This document shows, piece by piece, positions 1 through 10,324 of a DNA stretch of 32,000 nt. Made by a program: the position numbers and the translations under genes. A model generated the notes under the pieces. That model did no database searches, had not been told where the DNA came from, and saw nothing but the letters and a program-made list of their open reading frames with translations. Location: contig NC_021885.1 of NCBI RefSeq assembly GCF_000441555.1, positions 90,001 to 122,000 of the forward strand, in the 5' to 3' direction. This DNA is from Candidatus Profftella armatura (GTDB taxonomy: Bacteria; Pseudomonadota; Gammaproteobacteria; Burkholderiales; Burkholderiaceae). Within the stretch, counting starts at the first letter, position 1. Every line of letters starts with the position of its first letter.

Positions 1-1227
1 TCTTTTTGTAATCGACATAAAGATGAAGTAAAAAAAATAATGTATGGACCTTTTATGTCAATTTGTAATAAATGCATTAAATCATGTAATAAAATTATGT
101 ATAATGATGATATTTTTGTAAATCCAAATTTTGAAACTAAATTAAATTTATTGAAACCAAAAGAAATAAATAATTTTTTAAATAAATATGTAATTGGACA
201 AGAAAAAGCAAAACGAGTTTTATCTGTGGCCGTATATAATCATTATAAACGTATTCAATATTTTTTAAATAAAAATAATAAAGATGATGTTGAATTATCT
301 AAAAGTAATATATTAATGATTGGTTCTACTGGATCTGGTAAAACTTTATTAGCGCAAACATTGGCTCGTATGCTAAATGTTCCATTTGTTATTGCAGATG
401 CTACAACATTAACAGAAGCTGGTTATGTTGGTGAAGATGTAGAGAATATTATACAAAAATTATTACAAAGTTGTAATTATAACGTTGAAAAAGCACAAAA
501 AGGAATTATATATATTGATGAAATTGATAAAATTTCTCGTAAATCAGAAAATCCATCTATTACACGAGATGTTTCTGGAGAAGGAGTACAGCAAGCATTA
601 TTAAAATTAATTGAGGGGACAATAGCATCTGTACCTCCCGCGGGAGGTCGCAAACATCCAGATCAAGATTTTATACAAGTTGATACAACTAATATTATGT
701 TTATTTGTGGAGGAGCGTTTAATGGGTTAGATCAAATTATTTTAGAACGTTCTCAAAAAACGAGTATTGGATTTTCTGCGAAAATAATAGACGATCATGA
801 TAAAAAAATATTAAATCCAGAACCGGAAGATCTAATTAAATTTGGTCTTATCCCGGAATTAATTGGGCGATTGCCAATAGTTATTACTTTACATGAACTT
901 GATGAATCAGTTTTAAAAAAGATTTTATTAGAACCTAAAAATGCGTTAATTAAACAATATTCAAAATTATTAGAAATGGAAAATGTAAAATTAGAAATTA
1001 AGCCAAAAGCTTTAAATTTTATTGTTAAAAAAGCTTTTACGAGAAATTTAGGGGCTCGTGGTTTACGATCAATATTAGAGGAAATTTTGCTTAATGTAAT
1101 GTATGAACTACCAAATAAAAAAAATGTTAAAAAAATAATTATTGATGAAGATTCAATTACTAATAAAACTAAATTATCAATAATTTATCATGATTCAAAT
1201 GATTCAAATAAGATATCTATTAAATAA
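1..1227 (+). CDS. clpX: ATP-dependent Clp protease ATP-binding subunit ClpX (5' end cut by window edge)
   Basis: Frame 1 is open from base 1. Its translation [29 protein letters not shown] matches the ClpX N-terminal Cys4 zinc-binding domain (E. coli [27 protein letters not shown]), so the ORF-track Met at 40 is internal. Walker A GSTGSGKT, Walker [10 protein letters not shown], and the IGF ClpP-docking loop (TSIGFSA) are present. Confidence 0.95.
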   Translation, partial: SFCNRHKDEVKKIMYGPFMSICNKCIKSCNKIMYNDDIFVNPNFETKLNLLKPKEINNFLNKYVIGQEKAKRVLSVAVYNHYKRIQYFLNKNNKDDVELSKSNILMIGSTGSGKTLLAQTLARMLNVPFVIADATTLTEAGYVGEDVENIIQKLLQSCNYNVEKAQKGIIYIDEIDKISRKSENPSITRDVSGEGVQQALLKLIEGTIASVPPAGGRKHPDQDFIQVDTTNIMFICGGAFNGLDQIILERSQKTSIGFSAKIIDDHDKKILNPEPEDLIKFGLIPELIGRLPIVITLHELDESVLKKILLEPKNALIKQYSKLLEMENVKLEIKPKALNFIVKKAFTRNLGARGLRSILEEILLNVMYELPNKKNVKKIIIDEDSITNKTKLSIIYHDSNDSNKISIK

Positions 1228-1430
1228 TTTATATTATAATAATAATTAATTATATTTATAATATATATTATTATTTTTATTATTTGTTACAGATAACTAT
1301 TTTCAGTTAATCATTATAAAAAAATTTTACAAAATAATATAAATTTATATAGATTAAAATTTAAATTAAAAATTAAGAAATATTAAATTAATGGAAAATA
1401 TTGTTAATAATTTTTTAAAAGATTTATTTT

Positions 1431-3779
1431 ATGACAAATTCTGAATCATCTAATGAGTATTTACAATTACCTTTATTGGTATTACATGATATCGTGATAT
1501 TTCCTTATATGGTAATGTCTTTATTTGTGAATCGTCTCAAATCCAAAAAAGCATTAGAAGCAGCAATAAAATCTAATGAAACAATAATACTTTCAACGCG
1601 AAAAAATTTTTTCACAAATGATCCATCTGTTAATGATATTTATAAAGTTGGTTGTGTAGTTAATATTTTACAAGTTATTAAATTACCAGATGGTAATATT
1701 AAAATATTAATAGAAGGAGTTCAAAGGGTAAAAATTCATTTTATAGATGAATTAAATTATTACATTGCTAATATAACACCTATGACTGATTCTAATACTA
1801 TTAGTACATCAGAAAACGAGGCAATGCGACGTACAATTATTCAAGAATTTGATAAATACTTAAAATTAAACAAAAAACTTTCTCCTGAAATTTTAAAAAT
1901 ATTAATTAATATAAGTGATCCAAGTTTATTAATTGATACTATTATAGCTCATTTACCATTAAGGGTTGAACAAAAACAATTTATATTAGAAACTCCAGGA
2001 GTTTTCCAAAGACATGAACACTTAATATCTCAACTGGAACATGAACTTGATGTTTTACAAATTGAAAAACGTATTCGTAGTCGTATTAAGCGCCAACTGG
2101 AAAAATCTAATAGAGAATCTTATTTAAATGAACAAGTAAAAGCTATTCAGAAAGAATTAGGAGGAGAGGAAGAAGAAGAGGGGGTAGATTTGGAAGAACT
2201 TGAAAGGAAAATAATATCAGCAAGAATGTCAAAAGAAGCTTTTGAAAAAGCTCATAACGAATTTCGTAAACTTAGATTAATGCCTACTATGTCAGCGGAA
2301 GCAACTGTAGTACGTAATTATATAGATACATTAATTACATTACCATGGAAAAAAAAATCTAAAATAAATACTTCATTAAGTTACGCAGAAACAATATTAG
2401 AAGGAGATCATTATGGTCTTAATAAAATTAAAGAACGAATATTAGAATATCTTGCTGTACAAAAACGAGTTAATAAATTAAAGGCCCCAATTTTATGTTT
2501 TGTTGGTCCTCCTGGGGTTGGAAAAACATCTTTAGGAAAATCTATAGCACAAGCTACTAATCGTAAATTTGTTAGAATGGCATTAGGTGGCATAAAAGAT
2601 GAAGCTGAAATTAGAGGTCATAGACGTACTTATATTGGATCAATGCCGGGAAAAATTATTCAAAATATTTCTAAAGTTGGCGTAAAAAATCCTTTATTTC
2701 TTCTTGATGAAATTGATAAAATAGGAATGGATTTTAGAGGGGACCCGGCTTCTGCTTTATTAGAAGTATTAGATCCTGAACAAAATCATAATTTTTCTGA
2801 TAATTATATTGAGGTTTCTTTTGATTTATCAGACATAATGTTTATTGCTACATCAAATTCCTTTAATATACCTTCAGCATTATTAGATAGAATGGAGGTA
2901 ATTCGTATTTCAGGCTATACTGAAGATGAAAAAACAAATATTGCATATCAATATTTGTTACCAAAACAAATAAAAAATAATGGATTAAAAAAAAATGAAA
3001 TCAGTATTTCAGAGTCAGTAATACGACATATTATTCGTTATTACACAAAAGAAGCCGGAGTTCGATCTCTTGAGCGTGAAATTTCTAAAATTTGCAGAAA
3101 AGTAGTAAAAAAAATATTATTGAAAAATAAAAATAAAAAAAGTAAAAAAATTATTATATCTTCTAAAAATATAAATAATTTTCTTGGTGTATGTCGTTTT
3201 GATGATAGAATTATTGAAAATAAAAATAGAATTGGGCAAGTAATTGGCTTAGCGTGGACTGATTTTGGGGGAGAAATCCTAACAATTGAGGCGGTAATTA
3301 TTCCTGGAAAAGGTAAAGTAGTTAGAACTGGAACGTTAGGAGATGTAATGAAAGAATCAATTGAAGCAGCATGTACTGTAGTAAGAAGTAGAGCTGATAA
3401 ACTTGGTATAAAACATGAATGTTTTGAAAAAAATGATATACATATTCATGTCCCAGAAGGAGCTACACCAAAAGATGGTCCTTCTGCTGGAATTGCTATG
3501 ACAATAGTTCTTGTTTCAGCTTTTACTGGTATTCCTATTCATTCTAATATTGCTATGACCGGAGAAATAACTTTACGAGGAGAGGTTTTAAAAATTGGTG
3601 GGTTAAAAGAAAAATTATTAGCGGCACATCAAAATGGAATTAAAACTGTGCTTATTCCTGAGCAAAATTTTAAGGATTTAATAGAAATTCCAGATAATAT
3701 TAAATATGATATTAATATTATTCCTATACGTTGGATTGATAAAGCCATAGAAATAGCATTAGAAAATAAATCAAAATAA
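1431..3779 (+). CDS. lon: ATP-dependent Lon protease
   Basis: 782 aa. It has the N-terminal Lon substrate domain, AAA+ Walker A GPPGVGKTS, Walker B LFLLDEIDK, and the protease catalytic Ser in PKDGPSAG with the downstream Lys (GGLKEKLLAA). It directly follows clpX, as in many proteobacteria. Confidence 0.97.
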   Translation: MTNSESSNEYLQLPLLVLHDIVIFPYMVMSLFVNRLKSKKALEAAIKSNETIILSTRKNFFTNDPSVNDIYKVGCVVNILQVIKLPDGNIKILIEGVQRVKIHFIDELNYYIANITPMTDSNTISTSENEAMRRTIIQEFDKYLKLNKKLSPEILKILINISDPSLLIDTIIAHLPLRVEQKQFILETPGVFQRHEHLISQLEHELDVLQIEKRIRSRIKRQLEKSNRESYLNEQVKAIQKELGGEEEEEGVDLEELERKIISARMSKEAFEKAHNEFRKLRLMPTMSAEATVVRNYIDTLITLPWKKKSKINTSLSYAETILEGDHYGLNKIKERILEYLAVQKRVNKLKAPILCFVGPPGVGKTSLGKSIAQATNRKFVRMALGGIKDEAEIRGHRRTYIGSMPGKIIQNISKVGVKNPLFLLDEIDKIGMDFRGDPASALLEVLDPEQNHNFSDNYIEVSFDLSDIMFIATSNSFNIPSALLDRMEVIRISGYTEDEKTNIAYQYLLPKQIKNNGLKKNEISISESVIRHIIRYYTKEAGVRSLEREISKICRKVVKKILLKNKNKKSKKIIISSKNINNFLGVCRFDDRIIENKNRIGQVIGLAWTDFGGEILTIEAVIIPGKGKVVRTGTLGDVMKESIEAACTVVRSRADKLGIKHECFEKNDIHIHVPEGATPKDGPSAGIAMTIVLVSAFTGIPIHSNIAMTGEITLRGEVLKIGGLKEKLLAAHQNGIKTVLIPEQNFKDLIEIPDNIKYDINIIPIRWIDKAIEIALENKSK

Positions 3780-4335
3780 TTTATTTTTTTAAAAATTTTT
3801 AAAATATTAATTAATTTATTTTTTTAATTTTTTATTATTTTAAAAATAGAAAAAACGTTTATATAAAAAAATAATATTTATTTTTTTGTAAACTTAAAAT
3901 AATTTTTTTTTAATTTTAAAAATAAATATCGTTTCTATTTAATTAAATTATATTATACTATCTTCAAGTAAATATTAAAGTAATTTTACTAAAGTATGAT
4001 ATATAATTAATTTTTAATATATTAATACCAGTTTTCAAAGAAATGTAATTTTTGTCGTAGTTAAATTTATTTATTATTTTATAAAATAAAATATAAAAAT
4101 ATTATATAAAAAGATAAATAATTAAAATTATTAAATTAATAAGAACAGTATTATAATAAAATTATATTTTTAAAAAAATATATTTTAAATAAAAATAGTT
4201 TTATGCATAGTTATTTATCTTGTATAATTTAAAAATCGTTAATATTAAGTTAAAAGAACAATTTAGTTCTAAAACTGATATAATTTTAAAACGATAATAT
4301 GTAAAATAGCAAAATTAACTGAAATAGGAATTGCA

Positions 4336-4539
4336 ATGGCAACTGGCGTCGTAAAATGGTTTAATGATTCTAAAGGTTTTGGTTTTATTACACCTGATGA
4401 AGGTGGTGAAGATTTATTCGCTCATTTTTCAGCTATTCAATCAAGTGGATTTAAATCTCTTCAAGAAAATCAACGTGTTTCTTTTGAAGTAACTACAGGA
4501 CCTAAAGGAAAACAAGCTTCAAATATTCAAGCCATTTAA
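4336..4539 (+). CDS. cspA: Cold-shock protein, CspA family
   Basis: 67 aa with RNP1 KGFGFI and RNP2 DLFAHF motifs. AGGA lies about 7 nt upstream of the ATG. The gene is visibly less AT-rich than its surroundings. Confidence 0.96.
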   Translation: MATGVVKWFNDSKGFGFITPDEGGEDLFAHFSAIQSSGFKSLQENQRVSFEVTTGPKGKQASNIQAI

Positions 4540-4559
4540 TTAAATTTAAATAAAGTTTT

Positions 4560-4594
4560 AAAATCCTCAACTTAGGTTGAGGATTTTATTTTTT
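4560..4594 (+). terminator. Rho-independent terminator after cspA
   Basis: A perfect 12-bp stem pairs aaaatcctcaac (4560-4571) with gttgaggatttt (4576-4587) around a ttag loop. It is followed by a T-run (4589-4594) and starts 21 nt after the cspA stop. Confidence 0.8.
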
Positions 4595-5053
4595 AATTTT
4601 ATTTAAAAAAAATTCATTATTAATATTTAATTTTACAGTTTTTATATATTGTATTTAAATATTTAATTTTAATATTATTTAGTGTTAATTGTATAAAGTT
4701 TATTATCCTTACTGTATCAGAAATAAATATTAATTAATTTAATATTAGTTTTTTTATTTTGTTCGTTTATATTATTTCGTTATATCTTTTATTTATTTAT
4801 TTATGCAAAAGTATTATTTCTCTATTCATACAAAAATTTAAGAATTTTATTATTTTACTATATTAATAATTTATAAATATCAATTTTTTTAAAAAATAAT
4901 AATTATTATTTATATTTTGAATTTTTAATAGATTTTTGACATATATTAATATAATATATTTAAAGTCCTTTTGAGTTTTTAAGTTAATTAAAAATAAAAT
5001 TGGATTTAATAAGTTTAAACAATTAGTAATAAAATAATTATAAAAATAAAATA

Positions 5054-5755
5054 TTAAAACAATGAAGAAAAATCTAAATAATGAGATATTAAATTAATAT
5101 TTAAATTATATAAATATGGTATTCTACCTAATGGGGTTACATTTAAATATTTAGTAAGTTCAATATAATTTTCATTTGCAAATAATGTATCTACTATTTG
5201 AGTATGATTCGCAACCCAACCAATAAGTTTTAATCCTCTAGAATTTATTGCTTCAAGACTTAATAAAGCATTATTTATACAGCCAATTTTTAAATCAATA
5301 ACTAAAATTATCGGTAGTCCTAATTTTTCCGCTAAATCAGCACTATTTTCATTATCATGAAATGGTACGGAAAAACCACCAATTCCTTCTAATATGATAA
5401 CATCAGTTAAATTAGATAAATAATTATAGCAATTAATAATATGAGAAGTATTAATTATACGGTTTTCTAAATTAGAAGATGTATATGGAGAAATTGGATA
5501 TTTAAATAAATAAGGATTAATTAATTTAGTAAATTCATATAAACTATTACTATATTTATTTAATAAATTTACATCTTCATTAAACCATATTTTATTTTTA
5601 TTATTTAAATATGCCCCGGATGCAATAGGTTTCATTCCTATACAAGATATACCGCGTTTTTTAAATTCAGACAATAATGCGCAACTAATTATAGTTTTTC
5701 CTATATTAGTATTAGTTCCGGTAATAAAATAATGTAAAAAATTTTTATTTATCAT
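5054..5755 (-). CDS. bioD: Dethiobiotin synthetase
   Basis: 233 aa. The N-terminal P-loop FITGTNTNIGKT matches the BioD GTDTxVGKT signature, and length and overall pattern fit BioD. It lies 25 bp downstream of trxB on the same strand. Confidence 0.85.
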   Translation of the reverse strand: MINKNFLHYFITGTNTNIGKTIISCALLSEFKKRGISCIGMKPIASGAYLNNKNKIWFNEDVNLLNKYSNSLYEFTKLINPYLFKYPISPYTSSNLENRIINTSHIINCYNYLSNLTDVIILEGIGGFSVPFHDNENSADLAEKLGLPIILVIDLKIGCINNALLSLEAINSRGLKLIGWVANHTQIVDTLFANENYIELTKYLNVTPLGRIPYLYNLNINLISHYLDFSSLF

Positions 5756-5780
5756 TTTTATTTTTTACTATTAAAAATTT

Positions 5781-6776
<996 letters not shown>

Positions 6777-7112
6777 TTATTATAAATAATGTTTTTATTT
6801 TATAAAAATAAGAATTTTTATAATTAAATTTTATACAGTATTAATCTAAATAAATGTATAACTAATTTTATATTATTATAATTTTATTATAAAACTTTTT
6901 ATTATATTATTTTTTAATAATGCTATTATTTTTTTAAAAAAATAAAATTATTATAGTAGTATGTGATAATATAATCATATTTAATTTGTATTTTATTAAA
7001 AAATAAAATAACTTATTTCTTAAATAAATTTTTCATATAATAAATTGTTTTTTAAGTGTAAAATTTTATTTTTGGAGAAAATATGGAGAAATTATTAGTG
7101 ATATAACATAAT

Positions 7113-7286
7113 ATGTTAAAAAATTTTAATTTTGTTGAATCTACAAAATATTTATTGATATTTATTGCAATAATTATTATTTTCTTATTAAATATATTTT
7201 TATTAAGAGTAGTTAAAAGAACTAATATTTTTTTACAAAAATTTTTATCTTTTTTTTATTTAAAAAAAAAAAAAATGTTTCATTAG
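7113..7286 (+). pseudogene. ftsK: Possible detached 5' segment of ftsK, a single predicted TM helix, out of frame with the motor ORF
   Basis: My own translation of this frame gives MLKNFNFVESTKYLLIFIAIIIIFLLNIFLLRVVKRTNIFLQKFLSFFYLKKKKMFH*. It contains a hydrophobic helix where an FtsK membrane anchor would be expected. It runs into an A14 tract (7262-7275), and one extra A would fuse it to the 7304 ORF. Too short for the ORF track. Confidence 0.4.
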
Positions 7287-7300
7287 AATTTCCTGATAAA

Positions 7301-7606
7301 ACATTGCCTATTAGTAAAAAATCTATTAGTAAAAAATCTATTAGTAAAAAATCTATTAGTAAAAAATCTATTAATAAAACATTGCCTATTAATAAAAAAT
7401 CTATTAGTAAAAAATCTATTAGTAAAAAATCTATTAATAAAACATTGCCTATTAATAAAAAATCTATTAGTAAAAAATCTATTAGTAAAAAATCTATTAA
7501 TAAAACATTGCCTATTAATAAAAAATCTATTAGTAAAAAATCTATTAATAAAACATTGCCTATTAATAAAAAATCTATTAGTAAAAAATCTATTAATAAA
7601 ACATTG
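7301..7606 (+). repeat. In-frame nested tandem repeat inside ftsK
   Basis: Five higher-order units span 7301-7378, 7379-7441, 7442-7504, 7505-7552 and 7553-7600 (78, 63, 63, 48 and 48 bp). Each unit is acattgcctatta[g/a]t (TLPI[S/N]), then 2-4 copies of the 15-bp unit encoding KKSI[S/N], then a closing aaa. Copies are essentially identical at the DNA level. A partial sixth unit starts at 7601. Confidence 0.95.
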
Positions 7607-8812
7607 TTTAAAATTAATTATACTTTACCATCATTAATTTTATTAGATAAAGTCTCAAAAAAGAAAGTTATATCTATTAAATCTTTAAAATTTATTGGTA
7701 ATTTAATTGAAAAAAAATTATATGATTTTGGTATTAAAGTAAAAGTGGTAAGAATTCATTCAGGACCTGTTGTTACTTGTTATGAAATTGAATTAGCTGT
7801 TGGTATTAAAGGCAGTCAAATTATTAATTTATCAAATGATTTATCGCGATCATTATCATTGACTTCTCTTAGGGTAATTGAAATAATTTCTGGAACAAAT
7901 CACATGGGTATTGAATTACCAAATCCTAAAAGAAAAATAGTACGTTTGATAGAAATATTTGATTCTGATATTTATAAAAATAGTACTTCTAAATTAACTA
8001 TTGCTCTTGGAAAAAATATAATCGGAAATCCAGTAATACTAAATTTAGAAAAAATGTCTCATATATTAATTTCCGGAACAACTGGTTCTGGTAAATCAAT
8101 TGCAATTAATGCTATAATTCTATCAATTTTATATAAATCATACCCAAGTGATGTAAAATTAATTTTAATTGATCCAAAAATGTTGGAATTATCAATTTAT
8201 AAAGATATTCCGCATTTATTAACACCTGTTATTACGAATATGAACAAAGTAAGTCATATACTTAATTGGGTAATAAATGAAATGGAACAAAGATATCAAA
8301 AAATGTCAAAATTAGGTGTAAGAAATTTATTTGAATATAATAAAAAAATTTTTCTTAAAAAGAAAAAAAATAATGAATTGAATTCTACAGAATATTTAAA
8401 TACTTTACCATCAATTGTTGTTATAATTGATGAATTAGCAGATTTAATGATGATAGATGGAAAGAACATAGAAAAATTAATTGTACGTATTTCACAGAAA
8501 GCAAGAGCCGCTGGTATTCACTTAATTTTAGCTACTCAAAGACCATCAGTAAATATAATAACAGGTTTAATTAAAGCTAATATTCCAACTCGTATTGCAT
8601 TTAAGGTTAATAGTAAAATTGATTCTAGAACAATTTTAGATCAAATAGGAGCTGAAAAATTACTTGGAAAAGGGGATATGTTATATTTCTCTGATTCTAT
8701 TTCATTGACTCGTGTACACGGTGCTTTTGTTTCTAATCAAGAAGTAAAAAAAGTAATTAAATACTTAAAAAAACAAGAAAAACCTAGTTATATAAAAAAT
8801 TTATTATCGTAA
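7304..8812 (+). CDS. ftsK: DNA translocase FtsK, motor alpha/beta domains only; start uncertain
   Basis: Contains the LPSLILL pre-motor motif, Walker A GTTGSGKS, Walker B VVIIDELADLMM, and ATQRPS. It is divergent from trxB, as in E. coli (trxB-lrp-ftsK). The listed start is a TTG with no SD, and there is no in-frame ATG for roughly 200 codons. The protein ends right after the beta domain. Confidence 0.9.
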   Translation: MPISKKSISKKSISKKSISKKSINKTLPINKKSISKKSISKKSINKTLPINKKSISKKSISKKSINKTLPINKKSISKKSINKTLPINKKSISKKSINKTLFKINYTLPSLILLDKVSKKKVISIKSLKFIGNLIEKKLYDFGIKVKVVRIHSGPVVTCYEIELAVGIKGSQIINLSNDLSRSLSLTSLRVIEIISGTNHMGIELPNPKRKIVRLIEIFDSDIYKNSTSKLTIALGKNIIGNPVILNLEKMSHILISGTTGSGKSIAINAIILSILYKSYPSDVKLILIDPKMLELSIYKDIPHLLTPVITNMNKVSHILNWVINEMEQRYQKMSKLGVRNLFEYNKKIFLKKKKNNELNSTEYLNTLPSIVVIIDELADLMMIDGKNIEKLIVRISQKARAAGIHLILATQRPSVNIITGLIKANIPTRIAFKVNSKIDSRTILDQIGAEKLLGKGDMLYFSDSISLTRVHGAFVSNQEVKKVIKYLKKQEKPSYIKNLLS

Positions 8813-8831
8813 TTATTTTAATAATAAATTT

Positions 8832-10115
8832 ATGAATTTAATCATGATATTATTAATTGGATTGATTTTAATTTTTCAATTTATATATTTTTTTTTAAAT
8901 AAAAAAAATATTTCTAAAAAAATAAATGAAATATTGATTCAAATTATATATTTAAAAAATTACTCACAATTTAATCAAAAATCTATTTTAGAAAGGATTA
9001 AATATGAATTACATAATCAAATACAGGGTGGTTTTCAAAATATTTTAAAAGAATTATATGAAAATTCTTCTCAATTACAAAAAAAATTAATAGATCATAT
9101 TAGCAATATAGCTACTTTACAAAGTAATTATATTAATAATTTTTCTAATCAATTAATTAAATTAAATGAAATTAATACTAAATACATAGATAAAATTCAT
9201 ATAAAAATCAAATCTAAAATTAAGGATTTTAAAAAAAATAATAGTTATCAAATAAAAGAAATATATAAAATAGTTAATAAAAAATTACATATAACTCTAG
9301 AAAAACATTTAGGAGAATCATTTAGTGTGGTATTAGATAGGTTAGAAAGGGTACATAAAGATCTTGAAAAAATGCAACAATTAGCGACTGGAGTTAGTGA
9401 TTTAAAAAGAATATTAACAAATATTAAAAGCAGGGGTACTTGGGGTGAAATTCAATTAGAAGTATTATTAGAGCAAGTATTAACAAAAAAACAATATTCT
9501 AAAAATGTAGAAACAATACCAGGCACTGGAAAACGAGTTGAATTTGCTATTAAATTACCTGGATTAAAAGATAATAAACCTGTTTGGATTCCAATTGATT
9601 CTAAATTTCCTAAAGAACAATATGAACGTTTAATAGATTCTATAGAGCGATCTGATTCTAATGGAATTATTATAGCTGAAAAAGAATTAGAGCGTTCTAT
9701 ACGTTTATCAGCAAAAAATATTTCAAAAAAATATTTATCACCGCCATTAACAACAGATTTTGCTATTTTATTTTTACCAACAGAAGGACTATATTCCGAA
9801 GTAACTCGACGCCCTGGATTAATGGATGATTTACAAAGAATATTTCGTATAAATATAGCTGGTCCTTCTACTTTATTTGCGTTATTAAATAGTTTACAAA
9901 TAGGTTTTCGTACATTAACTTTGGAAAAACATTCATCTGAAATATGGAAAATTTTAGAATTAATAAAAACTGAATTCAATAAATTTAGTGAAATTTTATC
10001 TACAACTAAAATAACTTTAGAAAAAGCAACAAAAAATATTGAACAAGTGGAAACTAGGAGCAGGCAAATGAAAAGAAAATTAAAATTAACTGAAAATTTA
10101 CCTATAAAAAAATAA
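8832..10115 (+). CDS. rmuC: DNA recombination protein RmuC
   Basis: 427 aa with an N-terminal TM helix, a long coiled-coil-like region, and the conserved RmuC C-terminal nuclease-like core (GTWGEIQLEVLLEQ, VEFAIKLPG, IPIDSKFP, FAILFLPTEGLY). Confidence 0.88.
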   Translation: MNLIMILLIGLILIFQFIYFFLNKKNISKKINEILIQIIYLKNYSQFNQKSILERIKYELHNQIQGGFQNILKELYENSSQLQKKLIDHISNIATLQSNYINNFSNQLIKLNEINTKYIDKIHIKIKSKIKDFKKNNSYQIKEIYKIVNKKLHITLEKHLGESFSVVLDRLERVHKDLEKMQQLATGVSDLKRILTNIKSRGTWGEIQLEVLLEQVLTKKQYSKNVETIPGTGKRVEFAIKLPGLKDNKPVWIPIDSKFPKEQYERLIDSIERSDSNGIIIAEKELERSIRLSAKNISKKYLSPPLTTDFAILFLPTEGLYSEVTRRPGLMDDLQRIFRINIAGPSTLFALLNSLQIGFRTLTLEKHSSEIWKILELIKTEFNKFSEILSTTKITLEKATKNIEQVETRSRQMKRKLKLTENLPIKK

Positions 10116-10324
10116 ATAAAAAATCGATATTAGTTATTTAATTTTATAAAAATATAAAAAATTTTTATTAAGTATTTTAAGTCTTTAAGATTGAAATAAA
10201 TATTATTTATAGTTAAATTTATTATTTCTAAAATTTGTATATAAATTACTATTTTAGTATACTGTATTATTTTCTATAAAAATTATGTTTTAAAAATAAA
10301 TTTTAATTTATAATATTATTCAAA

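Noticed and set aside
2411-2593. 60-aa ORF on the minus strand inside lon
   Set aside because: It lies entirely antisense to the conserved Lon AAA+ Walker A region. It is a shadow ORF of a GC-richer conserved segment, with no recognisable motifs and no start context.
4201-4228. Sigma70-like promoter for cspA (ttatgc-N16-tataat)
   Set aside because: TATAAT-like hexamers are ubiquitous at this composition and the -35 match is poor. It is not reported as a feature and is mentioned only as a hypothesis in the cspA finding.
4336-4539. Higher G+C of cspA (and of the sHSP gene at 19969-20409) as a sign of horizontal acquisition
   Set aside because: Both are short, highly conserved and probably highly expressed genes, where purifying selection resists AT drift. 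There are no flanking mobile-element signatures, and codon third positions are still AT-biased.
7074-7106. 7-codon mini-ORF (MEKLLVI*) with a good GGAG spacing upstream of ftsK, as a possible leader peptide
   Set aside because: It is too short and unsupported to call. It is more simply read as a remnant of the original ftsK start interrupted by a stop, and it is noted under the ftsK frameshift finding.
7301-7606. Could the ftsK repeat array be a CRISPR array or a minisatellite outside a gene?
   Set aside because: There are no unique spacers between repeats. All units are multiples of 3 and in frame with the FtsK motor, no cas genes are nearby, and the repeats translate into a continuous K/S/I-rich linker.
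9452-9979. 175-aa ORF on the minus strand inside rmuC
   Set aside because: It is fully nested antisense to the most conserved part of rmuC. The sequence has no recognisable family features. Long antisense ORFs arise easily opposite codon-biased genes.
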